Positions 49,501 through 57,684 of a stretch of 64,000 nt of DNA are shown here, piece by piece. Under the pieces are notes generated by a model. That model saw nothing but the letters and a program-made list of their open reading frames with translations. It made no database searches and was not told the origin of the DNA. This DNA is from a virus (lineage: Duplodnaviria; Caudoviricetes), in IMG/VR virus record IMGVR_UViG_3300021255_000070, positions 1-64,000 of that record; one strand, given 5' to 3'. The position numbers and the translations under genes were made by a program. Positions within the stretch are counted from its first letter, which is position 1, and every line of letters begins with the position of its first letter.

Positions 49501-52500
49501 TTTACGTAGATTACGCAGATTTATTACTTATGCTATTAAGAAATTCTTTGAATCAATCTTAAATGGTTATGTACCTTATAAGTATGCTGATTCTGTTGCT
49601 GGTTTAATGTCTAAACAGATAGTAGCTTTACGTGCTTTATCTCCAAAGGTAACTCCTATAGCTGAAGGTAATAACGTTACTACTTCTCAAGTTAGACATG
49701 CTATGTCCTTCTCTAATGATATGAACCATGATGAGTTAATGAAGTTAGCAAAGGATATAGATAAAGTAACTAATAAGTTACTTGATAAACGTAGAAGTTA
49801 TGAACCAGAAAAGGTTCAATCTGAATACGCTAGAACTATGGCTAATAGAGATAAGATGCTAGCTCAGATTAACTCTTATGGTAGATTCTCTAGTGCTCAG
49901 TTAGCTGTAATTCGTAGTGTATATACTGCTGTAGCTATGGGTATTAAGGTAAATAATCATATTTATAGACAGTTATCTGCAACTTTTACTAAAGCTCTAG
50001 GTGCATTTAATCAGGAATATTTAACTCCTGAAAATAGACGTAATAATCCTAATGAAGCTCAGAAAGCATTAGCTAAATATAGATTCTTAATGAGTAATTA
50101 TGCAGTAGATGATACTAACTCTAATGAAAAAGCTAATAGATTATTACCTACCTTTATGGCTATTGCTATGGTAGATCCTCAGTTAAGAGAGTTCTTTAGA
50201 GAACAAAGAAATGTTCCTAATGAACCATACTCTTCTGATAATAATCTAGAACAAAGTATTGTTAGAGGTACTGTGTCTCTTATTGAGAAAGTAGATAGTT
50301 TTATTGATAATCTTAAGAATTTAGAGAATAAGAATCTATCCCAGTTAATGGATGGTTACATCAATAACTTATTATCAGATGATAAACATAATTCATTCAT
50401 TGGTAGAACTATAGGCGGATGGTCAGAAGCTGTAGATGATGCAATCAATAAAGCAGATGAGAAGATTACTTCTAAAGCTTTAAATGTATTCCAGCCACTA
50501 GGTAAAATTTCTGCTGATATTGCTAAGAAGTACCCTAGGTTTACTCCTATAGCTGCTGCTATAAAAATAGCTTTAATGAAACCATTTGAGTTAGGTGGTT
50601 ATTCTAGAATGGACATCTGGAATGCTACTATTCATGAATATGATGAATTAAGTAATAGTATTATTACTGGCTTCTTTAAATATATGTCAAGAGAGTACAT
50701 GAGTAGAAGTCCTTTAACTCTTGGTGTAATGAAAGCTATCAAGGTATGTAAAGATTTAGCAGAAGTTAAATCTAAGCGTTATCGTGAAGATATGCCTAAA
50801 GAAGTAATGAAGAGTATGCCTAATCTTAAACATAAAGATTGGGAGTCTTTAACTCGTTCTATTGGTAAGACAGATATTACTTCTCTAACTTCATATAGAG
50901 CTAACCTATCCGATTTAGTAGATTTACTTGAACCAGTTACTTCTCAAAATGGAATAATTCATCGTGTAAATCTTAGAAAAACTCTTGGTTCTTCATATCA
51001 GAGATTTAGTGCTAAATATGGTATTTCTTTAGAAGACTTATATAAATATACCAAGCCATTAGCTAATTATATGGTTACAGGCAAGTTTACTTCTAAGACT
51101 GAATCAAAGATATATGACGTACAACGTAATAGTGATGCTATCTTACACCGTATAGGTTCATCCATTGGTTCAAGTCAGTATGATATGGCTCGTCAGGAAT
51201 TAGATGAAATCCTGACTTTAGAAGCTTTAGACAGAACAGATGCTAAAGACCTAGCTAAGTTAAGAAATATTCTTTCTAATAGAGAGAACCATAAAGGCTT
51301 TAGTGAAGTATGGGATATTCTGGCTCAAACTAAGTCTGTGGATAGAGCTAAATTAATTGAGCATAACCAGCTATTAAATAGATGGCAGGGATATTTACCA
51401 GAGAAATCTAGAAATGATAAACAATTAGCTATTGTAGAAGATACTCCTGAAGTCACAAAGGATTTAGAAATCTTAGGCTATAAGAAAGTAGGTACTTATC
51501 AGAAATCAACTGCTGATAAGGATAAGAAAAACTTTGCTTACTATGCTTGTGATTACAATCCTGAAGCTGCATTTATGTCTGGTGGTTTACAGCTTATGAA
51601 CTATACTGCTGGAGGTATAAATCTAGAATCAGGTAGGTCAATTAAGTCTGTAAGACCCGCTATCTATGAACCAGATAATGCTTTAGCTACTGATTTAGAT
51701 ATTAGAGAACATGGTAATGGTTCTCAGCCATTAATCCCTATTTATGGATATAACAATAAGATTATAGGTTTTGAACGTACAGCAGACCCTAAGTTTACAG
51801 AAGACTTTATAGATGCTGATATGCATTTACCTACTCTTATTGGTGAATGGGTTGGTCGTCAACATGGCGAGTCTGACCTGCGTAATGCTCGTAAAGAAGT
51901 TATTCGTCAGTTAAAGAAAATGTATGATGATAGGGTAGGAGCTACTTATAAGTTTATAGACTTATTAGACCCTAAGACTTATAAGAGATATCCTCATATT
52001 AAAGAAGTATATGATCGTATTTCTCGTGGTTCTTTATATGATGATATTTACTCTGTATGGCGACCATCTAATCCATTAGAAAAACCTAAGTTTATGGTGC
52101 GTATTGACTTACTTGAGCAAATTGCTGGTCAAAGAAGAGCATCTATTTCTGAAATATTCTTAGACCCTAAATCCGATTTTGCTAAAGGTATGAGTAAAGT
52201 ACTTGATACTTTATTTGGTTCAGCACGATTAATACGTTGGGAACATAATATTCAAAGAGGTATGGTAACTCTTAAAAACAATATAGTTGTTAAAGGTGTA
52301 CAAGTACCTATTCAGAATATTACTGCTAATATGATTGAACTTAATATGCTAGGTGTACCAGCAAGATCTATCTTTAGGGGCATAATAGATAAAACTCGTG
52401 AATGTGAATCTTACTTACGTATGCAGCAAGAACTGTTAAGACTAGATTATCAGTTGGCTCAACAGTCTGCTAATGGTCCTGAGTATGAAAAGCTCATAAA

Positions 52501-53170
52501 ACGTAAGAATGAGATAAATGAAGATGCTAGACAGTTATCTATTTATCCTCTAATTGAGATGGGTGAGTTTAATACTATTACTGATGTGGCTACTATCCGT
52601 GAGGATTTAGCTATTGTACAAGGTAAGTATGGTGACTTATTAGATCAAAAGATAGAAGAATTACCAGATGATGTACAGAAAGGATTAAAACAACTTATTG
52701 TATCTAAAGATACTGGATTATATAAGTTATTATCTAAAGCTGTTCAGTATGGCGACTTAGTTGCTAAATCTATCCTATACGATGATGTGCTAAAGCGTCA
52801 GAAGAAAGGTCGTAAACAGGCTGAGTATATGGCTACTACATTCTTTGTAGATTATGACTTAATGCCGGGTCGAACCAGAGATTACCTAGAGTCTATCGGT
52901 TTGATGTGGTTCTATAATTATAAGTTAAGAATGTCTAAGGTTTTGGTTCATATGTTTACGAATAATCCTTTAAGACTTCTTCTTTGGGGATTAACACCTC
53001 AAGGTTTAGGATTCTCTGCTTTAGATACTCCTTTAAAGGATTCTGCTCTAGGTAGATTACTAGGCTTTGGTCCAGCTCTATCTTCTACAGCATTCTTTGG
53101 AGCACCGGGAATGGTTGTATCAGCTTTAACATCTAACCCTTGGTTGATTCTAGCTGGATTAATCTTCTAA
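40529..53170 (+). CDS. Virion-encapsidated RNA polymerase (N4 gp50-like vRNAP)
   Basis: 4213 aa; ITVSGRLQ (T/DxxGR), YIEVDSRSSG (motif A), RDSGKTTMTPIGYGS (motif B), GAGDG...AVFDGINI (motif C), C-terminal FVDYDLMPGRTRDYLESIGLMWFYNYKLR. Confidence 0.95.
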   Translation: MSDLFNATMQMIQNNAQNLASNQPATPPDAMVSQTPTINPSLSQEQVAQFIDNVDGASYQAARERGDTSGVSPETLKVAHASRDELIQLLGEQGADAALYKINTGINAYNSASSISRTAPQFVTDNVSRFAGGVAGLGGVVATGAATAVDRTINGFTGSDDYTLTKATANASRALTDFFDKTLTSDSRIAQQFASDARRADRAAANQAKYEYDKTHGKGIEADLAYFGRGATDGIRNAFDTPSDLAEGVADVAGSLIGFSTGIGLAGKAAQVGGKFLPKFLSNMSDDAIRASQALRASGANGKQILEVLGARSGEKLGALDRLGIHMGTPAMLNAAAVGGEGVEQALAELDGVTDTELMESSPVAKLYYDAYIQDGYTPSEAMRMMREKIEANLIIPAFQSGALAGAVSGKLLDKVLRNPLTLNVGRQLQKNQINMLSEAYASGEKDLFNAAIAKTAAKTAKTAKPESFLSRTLAEGGEEIVETAPTPFINAAVQENLDPTRNILDNWGEEVGESGALGALAGSGVVSPATVGRGITKGIKSVLGSKKKSSDTEDTESPSLSSMSEEDRAEGVKEFNAAMETNDTSGLSAKGVSAGLTESGLLKKTSNEEGISEVTPDENLTAEESEYVTNLPLNSSEKSRVTELKNQGLIDKDAVITTKADYYEALLNTAAKASETDENGHHTITLTKDQYRVLEDEIDEMGTQLSWKHSEQPSDARVRNIANWMSNNQNLQNQRNELSSLGYSMFQEEMKDENTVKEINNIQQITSKQDNKSNVELTNSNTFGSVVRHAIASINNISNLITKKESQESDSEVNTQEIDKVIEVLQAVKNGIEHGNIKITSENNRLIAKATMAHEILSQWRNTVQQISKIPNVNANISLVNTQKVGSRTNLNNENASIDSISQEETGYDKPPLITHLNRMLNAYLANDILGYKAARLALDKFIATQNAKLFKLQHALDLYRDTKAGKVSNTKRDVEKGEWTINSNNEESMRNLASAIGLENALMGSLRNLVEVFMFQSSAHSDNYKEHTPFNLRKKNTVFSEIDENKRESSKTAMIKRLKGRGSILNTDAKNALERYLNSAKNARTLMQELERAGATDEQGEFISSPNVENPSTTFNDSQVTKEEEEVEAKSSEPSKEATSGTGSTTSEDTSSTNIPETEIDTEEVSKKVLSAEEEAVKEIFDGIEGTDEETTEPDSETDSKGTWYRELPANDSTKFINKGYRLFTVEAHVYLRQNQLRSFQGGRSKIYSDGAAFFTADEILLLSHNLKAVKTLDNDLSNSTVSLAPTSTSGINGILSSLWKRYTGGKKEKSVTKTVDDLKAQYKKDAYNKLTKGFDSYYQKLNDNFKESTNTFKDSFNNEAKVKNLVEAYNNAKESSEKQKISTEIENLLFTSMNNRFNFPVALFTKSGKSSVISIGSDGVSFELELNKEAVEVAYHAIQQELYNQRNKASSVDLNSPRWENVQFPKGKRRAILDEWEYAVNAHDVISNIIPKVKGYLNIRDTSSFTEAESNLIAHGIAYLMAPLEGEEEGSEFIIKTVTNPSTLNRDTDLAAYAKAVNGNKDTVNVISFKRSNGTVINTLYEPDCAKRASSVMDEIYDYRVDTPINLGSEGKANIDSLNLKDKRKNMPQNRVGKYEQEVIEDRQSEKYTPVTEQFKLYTKFFGSNDRESIDNICKAFTGYTKSEVDEYFKFRALADDDGSFSEEKWENNNQGFTSKEDAQQAFNDYNINKHEFNYMCKLRSSQIPYVQGYETCIELANAMMEALSYTDSLQNFLSEKVPNLTDAEKEQISQHYGYQITVSGRLQDATSSISPVTNKIVRELISNLNPVTITKEDTAPKSIQDKPELATWMLSVNQAFGQKLWSTNLPTAVSNINKYIKELKPELGSTWNKLISIAENQEVNKLTTEEITAIREALDKYGYDVSPLSIHALVDLAQYSSLKAGEQFKSSMYIEVDSRSSGASIMASRYNVDGFTEDEINLMESAGYMVYRVERPSDILTAEPNSHYKRDLYQNSGDKVINQINEDGSKFFAKSNKEVHQIRTATLRLMSVFNPKFFKVDIDKDGIATVKEATRDSGKTTMTPIGYGSQIGGISHQKVSDLLDGIYNTYNQMAEELAEKPDMFNKLSSPKEIQEEILFFIGSHFFKKKSEDISDEAFRKELIETTKEFLADMDTVYGSHLGIQNKPNSSTEFIVTTREKRDAHPIFKWLIGKNPNTLINLQSGSKAYARLQQMVSDASKMDYDGDFLRDNIKICISDPAFRACQDQLGKSVQATMKDIEQLTNLSNLVQHIFKSIASTAFAGTNTDRTLSQDQKKAIDRTKIGKALRKLGIPYGADGSASYPAFKDGIDRSSSNKVAELHINDKTINLFNLSKATPLGEGGKSGLTQGAGDGDVVNILVHLNKAMDRFLAVFDGINIELNNLGKVADKITEAQLESHKQVIYAGMLDAFNAITSILKENPEIFNIENAFSIVGNETAFFMLNLVVPTELHNKIKITDKYTLADLTKLANNSDTYGEAASVFNEITPEVMKKAFNLAGKHYQDKAVSCLAKRTVFHGMPTDESLSKKFTAGSNWEPRKDGLFTVMPLGLFNMDSYGSGTKEVQFTPFVAQDLDGNTINIDTINDWNNLGKDLEPKERANLKNQILNNTYDTNRAYIEGYKDTAFPVTTFDDVDSTPIEKVRTIDDAIKDIFAESTSDKNTRYVKNSEMQFLKRTVKALFNITGINPNNVKYVEISFDSSKDKLIEQIKSLGLTSTEETALINDINSKDNKFNFSSIRGFTQGNLIILNRDKGTSWTSTDSRYLVHELCHIGLSNVLAGKLTSKDTRIANAANELVGSLRSNTKYFFTSLVNSIYKNLNKETRDAIVSYKGSGSVSEKDILKILLSTSENTKDLKKRIIGALNVNNQTSSETVKAFTDMFTQLGLEYGNTSNLFNGSVADSTEAVFDTLLSQPNVLDEAIAWVNSTIEINRYAQTTAANKNEVKKTTGIINSLRRLRRFITYAIKKFFESILNGYVPYKYADSVAGLMSKQIVALRALSPKVTPIAEGNNVTTSQVRHAMSFSNDMNHDELMKLAKDIDKVTNKLLDKRRSYEPEKVQSEYARTMANRDKMLAQINSYGRFSSAQLAVIRSVYTAVAMGIKVNNHIYRQLSATFTKALGAFNQEYLTPENRRNNPNEAQKALAKYRFLMSNYAVDDTNSNEKANRLLPTFMAIAMVDPQLREFFREQRNVPNEPYSSDNNLEQSIVRGTVSLIEKVDSFIDNLKNLENKNLSQLMDGYINNLLSDDKHNSFIGRTIGGWSEAVDDAINKADEKITSKALNVFQPLGKISADIAKKYPRFTPIAAAIKIALMKPFELGGYSRMDIWNATIHEYDELSNSIITGFFKYMSREYMSRSPLTLGVMKAIKVCKDLAEVKSKRYREDMPKEVMKSMPNLKHKDWESLTRSIGKTDITSLTSYRANLSDLVDLLEPVTSQNGIIHRVNLRKTLGSSYQRFSAKYGISLEDLYKYTKPLANYMVTGKFTSKTESKIYDVQRNSDAILHRIGSSIGSSQYDMARQELDEILTLEALDRTDAKDLAKLRNILSNRENHKGFSEVWDILAQTKSVDRAKLIEHNQLLNRWQGYLPEKSRNDKQLAIVEDTPEVTKDLEILGYKKVGTYQKSTADKDKKNFAYYACDYNPEAAFMSGGLQLMNYTAGGINLESGRSIKSVRPAIYEPDNALATDLDIREHGNGSQPLIPIYGYNNKIIGFERTADPKFTEDFIDADMHLPTLIGEWVGRQHGESDLRNARKEVIRQLKKMYDDRVGATYKFIDLLDPKTYKRYPHIKEVYDRISRGSLYDDIYSVWRPSNPLEKPKFMVRIDLLEQIAGQRRASISEIFLDPKSDFAKGMSKVLDTLFGSARLIRWEHNIQRGMVTLKNNIVVKGVQVPIQNITANMIELNMLGVPARSIFRGIIDKTRECESYLRMQQELLRLDYQLAQQSANGPEYEKLIKRKNEINEDARQLSIYPLIEMGEFNTITDVATIREDLAIVQGKYGDLLDQKIEELPDDVQKGLKQLIVSKDTGLYKLLSKAVQYGDLVAKSILYDDVLKRQKKGRKQAEYMATTFFVDYDLMPGRTRDYLESIGLMWFYNYKLRMSKVLVHMFTNNPLRLLLWGLTPQGLGFSALDTPLKDSALGRLLGFGPALSSTAFFGAPGMVVSALTSNPWLILAGLIF

Positions 53171-53171
53171 A

Positions 53172-53202
53172 AAATAAAGCCCCTTAACAGGGGCTTTATT
53201 TT
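53172..53202. terminator. Bidirectional terminator at late/middle convergence
   Basis: AAAATAAAGCCCCT-TAAC-AGGGGCTTTATTTT. Confidence 0.9.
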
Positions 53203-53204
53203 AT

Positions 53205-53633
53205 TTACTTATTAGTAGGTCTTGTTAGAGCACCGAATAAACTTCCTGTTACCTGAGCATTATTGCTGGTTCCACTAGAACCATTGGAGCTAGTGTCAGA
53301 TACACTAGAGGAACTTGTACGTTGTCCCTGCTTGTTAGTCTCATCATTCTTACTGGTTGATTCAACTTTAGTGTTGTTTGACACATCTGATTTTGCCTCC
53401 TTAGCTGGTTCAGTTTCTTTCTGTGGTTCTTTTGTTTCTTTGGTTTCATCATTTCTTGAATCATGGTTGCTGTTGCCACACACGCCATTGATTTCAATAT
53501 CGGCAATAACCCCATCTGCTCCTCGTGTAGCAGTTAATTCTATGTCTGCTTGATTGATATTAATACCATAGGTATCTTTAATATAATACTTGATAGCTGA
53601 TTCAATTTCCTGCTGATTAATCTGAATCTTCAT
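53205..53633 (-). CDS. Conserved N4-like hypothetical protein
   Basis: MKIQINQQEIESAI...LTATRGADGVIADI N-terminus typical of the gene next to vRNAP; low-complexity tail. Confidence 0.7.
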   Translation of the reverse strand: MKIQINQQEIESAIKYYIKDTYGININQADIELTATRGADGVIADIEINGVCGNSNHDSRNDETKETKEPQKETEPAKEAKSDVSNNTKVESTSKNDETNKQGQRTSSSSVSDTSSNGSSGTSNNAQVTGSLFGALTRPTNK

Positions 53634-54033
53634 TTATATCTCCATGAATGTATATATCTATTCTTGGATTGGTTCTATCTACTGAACCAAACCTATATAC
53701 TACCTGCCGTAAATAATCGTGATTATCATCTTTAAGATGATTAGATTCAACCAATGCATCACAAAAGAATTTATCAACAATACAGCAAACATTAGCCACA
53801 TCAGAGTGGTTATTTCTCTGAGGATACCAAACGTATTCCACTGTGTATACATATTTAAAGACAGGTAGGTTATTTAATTGAGGTAAGATTAGTTCTTTGT
53901 ACCGTATCTTAATATCATTTAATACATGAAAGTGTGTATTTCTATATACATTAAGATTAAGAGCTATTATTCTATCTTTTTTTGTCTTTCTTGGTATTAC
54001 TATACTTACTGGAGAACTAATCTTATATATCAT
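53617..54033 (-). CDS. RusA-like Holliday junction resolvase
   Basis: LNLNVYRN, DVAN...DKFFCDALV...DDN acidic motif. Confidence 0.8.
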   Translation of the reverse strand: MIYKISSPVSIVIPRKTKKDRIIALNLNVYRNTHFHVLNDIKIRYKELILPQLNNLPVFKYVYTVEYVWYPQRNNHSDVANVCCIVDKFFCDALVESNHLKDDNHDYLRQVVYRFGSVDRTNPRIDIYIHGDINEDSD

Positions 54034-54761
54034 TATTTATCAAAAAGTGAGCTGTGAACTTTCTGAGAACCAGTTGCAGATGCAGTCTTAGGAGCATTAG
54101 TTACTTCCTTATAGTCATCTTTAACTTGGTCTTTCCATTTAGCTTCCCATTTACCTAGGAAGGTTCCAAACTCTAGTTTATCTCTTGCTTCAACAAAAGT
54201 ACACTTATAATCTGGATGGAAGAACTTCTCAATAGAGTTAGTAAACTTCTCTTCTGAGCTATCTACATAAGTATCACCGCTCTTTACACGCTTATTCTCT
54301 CTCTTCTTAAGAATAGCTACTAAGACTTTCTTATCTAATAATCCAGTAAGTACAGGTGCTAGAGTTGGTTCCTCTTTCTGAGTATCAAAGTTATATAACT
54401 TAATCTCTTTCTCTTCAGATTCTTGAGCAGATAGAGGTTTCTCAGTTACTAGCTCACATAGGTCATCAATGTTACTGAAACCCGGTAGAGGAATCTTCTT
54501 GTTGTTCTGGTTCAACCAATATGGATGACCTTCTTTATTGGTAATCCACATAGTCTCTCTGTACTCAGTACCATCATCAAGGTTAAGAATTAAACCAATA
54601 CCCTGAGCTTTAGTATTCTGTGACTTAACTAGATATGCAGCTTTAACTACAGCATTATAAATGCCTGATTCTTTAATAAAGCCTTCACCACCACTTACTC
54701 GGTCAGTGGTTTTTTCCATATCTTTAGTTTCATCAGCTAGATTTGCAAATAAATTTGCCAT
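54033..54761 (-). CDS. Single-stranded DNA-binding protein (N4 gp45-like)
   Basis: ESGIYNAVVKAAY, YRETMWIT, LPGF, NSIEKFFH; ends SSLF. Confidence 0.85.
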   Translation of the reverse strand: MANLFANLADETKDMEKTTDRVSGGEGFIKESGIYNAVVKAAYLVKSQNTKAQGIGLILNLDDGTEYRETMWITNKEGHPYWLNQNNKKIPLPGFSNIDDLCELVTEKPLSAQESEEKEIKLYNFDTQKEEPTLAPVLTGLLDKKVLVAILKKRENKRVKSGDTYVDSSEEKFTNSIEKFFHPDYKCTFVEARDKLEFGTFLGKWEAKWKDQVKDDYKEVTNAPKTASATGSQKVHSSLFDK

Positions 54762-54764
54762 TTA

Positions 54765-55493
54765 TTAACTCCTATAGTAGTTATTTAAGTGATCTAACAA
54801 GATTTGACAATCATTATCCATAAAGGTCTGACTCTTATTGAATAGACCCATAGGACTTCTGATTCTGGTATTAACAGTGTCTTTAGTTACACGAGTCTGG
54901 AAGACATATTTAAATCCTAAATCTTCCTCTTCTTCAGAAATATTTAATAAATCTGATTTATAGTCCTTTAGTTTAACTAAAGGCATTTTCTGAGAATAAA
55001 CAATAGTAGAGAAATATGCTTCAATACCTGTGCCTTTTAAAGCACCCTTTACAGGAACTGAGGTCTTAGTTTCAAGTGTCTTTTCATCATAAGTATCTGC
55101 AATATGAGCTATGAATATAACTGGTTTACCAAATTTAATAACTCTATCTTGTAAGATAGATTTAAAGAATTGATTATATTCACTCCATGCTTTCATGGTA
55201 TTGGTAGCTGTTAATACATATTGAGATTCATACATCTCCATTAAGAAGGTAAGTGAATCTACAATAATACCTTCACAGTTTGGGTCTTCAGCTCCATGAT
55301 CGAATGCTTCAAATATCTGCATTGGATCTTCTAATCTGAATTCCCTAAAATTAGACTTGAAAGGCAACTTCTTACCTGCTTCAGTATTAAGATAATACCA
55401 TTTTTCTTGGTTCCTGATATTTCTTAAACTAGCTGACTTACCTGAACCAGATAAGCCACCTATTAGAATGAGCTGATCATTAGTATCACTCAT
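54765..55493 (-). CDS. AAA-family ATPase (N4 gp44/Sak4-like)
   Basis: Walker A GLSGSGKS, Walker B IIVDS, RIRSPMGLF. Confidence 0.85.
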   Translation of the reverse strand: MSDTNDQLILIGGLSGSGKSASLRNIRNQEKWYYLNTEAGKKLPFKSNFREFRLEDPMQIFEAFDHGAEDPNCEGIIVDSLTFLMEMYESQYVLTATNTMKAWSEYNQFFKSILQDRVIKFGKPVIFIAHIADTYDEKTLETKTSVPVKGALKGTGIEAYFSTIVYSQKMPLVKLKDYKSDLLNISEEEEDLGFKYVFQTRVTKDTVNTRIRSPMGLFNKSQTFMDNDCQILLDHLNNYYRS

Positions 55494-57684
55494 TGGTTCT
55501 ATCTCCTATTTTCTTAGCTGCGGTTTTTAGACATGTATTAGCTAACTCCTCTTCTGGTAGAGGGTTAGGTAATCTTTTATTAAATCCCTTAACAAGTTTT
55601 TCAACATCTTCTAAAGATTTACCTGAGTCTACAAGAGCCATAGTATATCTAAGCATATAGTTATTTCTATTGCCTACATCCATCTTCTGGATGAACCATC
55701 TCTCTAAAGCACCTAGGTCTGCAAGTTTCTTGTCCTTGAACTGTTTATTATAAATATCATTACTTCTACTTCCCGGAATAAATGGAAGTACATTGAACAG
55801 TTTTCCCTGATGGTCAAGAACAATACCTTTAGGATTGGTTTCCCATTTATGAGAAATATCCTTAACCATCTCATCACAGGTAAAAGGTAAATAAGTAAGT
55901 ATATTAGACATAAATTGGCTAAATTCTTCCTTATTTAATTCTAATTCATGTGACATTGGAATTAAGATACGGTATCTATTCTGTTCAGTAGTATGACGCT
56001 TGGTTGTATAGATAATATAGGAATAATCCTCTAGGATATTCTGAGCCAAGGTAATAGGTGTACCGTCATCTATATCTAGAATAATAGTATTAAATCTACC
56101 TATTACATCTTCATTACATCTATGACCATTACCATTTACTTCGCAAGCAAAGTGATGATTACAGAAATGCAATGGTTCTCCTGCTTTATCAGGAGATTCC
56201 ATGGTTCCTAATCGTTTCAGATTATCCCAAGAGAGTTCATCGTTATAATAATTAAAAGCAAAGTCAGTACTGTAACTAATAATACTGCTATCACCTGAAC
56301 TGTTGTTTAACTGCTTACCACTTAAGAACTCAATATCATCATTATATCTGGATGTAATAAGAATATTATGATCTAGTCCCCAAGCTTTAGCTAAAGACAG
56401 CATATCTTTCTTATTAGAACTTCCCTTAAAGAAGGGTAATTCTTCTACAATTTCTGCATGAGTTACTTCATGAGTCTGTTCACTAATAAATTTAGCTAAC
56501 TTCATATGAGGTAGGTCTCTAGTAAGAATCTTAGTGAAAGCATTACCTGATTCTTCTACTAGCTTGATTGCTTGGTTCAAATGAGTTTCAGTAATATCTG
56601 GACTTACATCTACGAAAGCAAATGCACCTGCTAGTTTAAGAGCTTTAAAATATCTATTAGATACTTCAGTTTTCTGCAATAGCTGAGATGCTTTAAACTT
56701 CTCTGCTTTCTCTTCACATTCCATCTTATATTCCTGTAACTTAATACCTATATCATCAGGTAGATTTACAGAATAGTTATACATATTCTGGTCTGCAAGA
56801 GAAGCAAAGTGTGATGACCATTTAGCAGCTATAGCATCATTCTGAGGGTCACATAAATCATCATAGATTTCTTTAGGAGTTCTATTCTGATAATTGATAG
56901 AAGATGTATTCTTACCCATACAGAATAGAGTTCTTCTAGCATATCCTGTTCTTAGATAAGCATAGAAGTTATCTTCTATGGTTCCACCATCTAGCAGAGC
57001 ATATGGCTCTCCAAATAACAGCATATTAGCTGGAGTAGAACCATCCAAGTCTTCACCTCTGGATGAACTGTCTGTATTCTTAGTTAATTTCTGCTTGGTA
57101 AAGCCTTTATCAAATAGTTCTAAGAACATATTTAAGGCTTCCCCTGAATCTGTAAGATTCATGCCAATCTCATCAATCTGTAGATTAATAGAACCAATGC
57201 CTGCCATTAACAGTTTCTGTCTCATTTGCTTAATAGCTGGTCCGGTAGCAGAATCAAAAGTAAATAAATAAGAACCAAGTTTATTATATTCTTGGGTTAT
57301 TAATTTAATTTCTTCTGCTTGACTGGTATGATTATTAACAGATCTAGTAGTAGCCATATCTGCAAGATGCTTTTGTGCAAATGCCGGCATAGTATCCTGT
57401 AGAAAAGCTACTCGGAAGTCTCTGATAATATTCTCTTCCATAAAATTAACACTAAAATTCTTACCATAACCTGAAGGAGCCAAGGCTAATACATAAGTAT
57501 TAATTGGTATGGTTCCTAAGTGTTTGGTAACAATATTAGCTCGCATACAGGCTGCCATCTTGCCGATATAATAGGTAACGATGGTTCTGAAGAAAGCCTT
57601 ATCTGTACTCTGTTTCTTTTTACAGAGTACATCAGTTATTTCTTCAATAGGCTGAAAATGCTGAACTGTACTTAAATCAATCAT
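55486..57684 (-). CDS. DNA primase (N4 gp43-like; NTPase plus AEP/PriCT)
   Basis: LAPSGYGKN, IDEIG; ILDIDDG, YTTKRH and GNRNN..LRY C-terminal primase motifs. Confidence 0.85.
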   Translation of the reverse strand: MIDLSTVQHFQPIEEITDVLCKKKQSTDKAFFRTIVTYYIGKMAACMRANIVTKHLGTIPINTYVLALAPSGYGKNFSVNFMEENIIRDFRVAFLQDTMPAFAQKHLADMATTRSVNNHTSQAEEIKLITQEYNKLGSYLFTFDSATGPAIKQMRQKLLMAGIGSINLQIDEIGMNLTDSGEALNMFLELFDKGFTKQKLTKNTDSSSRGEDLDGSTPANMLLFGEPYALLDGGTIEDNFYAYLRTGYARRTLFCMGKNTSSINYQNRTPKEIYDDLCDPQNDAIAAKWSSHFASLADQNMYNYSVNLPDDIGIKLQEYKMECEEKAEKFKASQLLQKTEVSNRYFKALKLAGAFAFVDVSPDITETHLNQAIKLVEESGNAFTKILTRDLPHMKLAKFISEQTHEVTHAEIVEELPFFKGSSNKKDMLSLAKAWGLDHNILITSRYNDDIEFLSGKQLNNSSGDSSIISYSTDFAFNYYNDELSWDNLKRLGTMESPDKAGEPLHFCNHHFACEVNGNGHRCNEDVIGRFNTIILDIDDGTPITLAQNILEDYSYIIYTTKRHTTEQNRYRILIPMSHELELNKEEFSQFMSNILTYLPFTCDEMVKDISHKWETNPKGIVLDHQGKLFNVLPFIPGSRSNDIYNKQFKDKKLADLGALERWFIQKMDVGNRNNYMLRYTMALVDSGKSLEDVEKLVKGFNKRLPNPLPEEELANTCLKTAAKKIGDRTNE

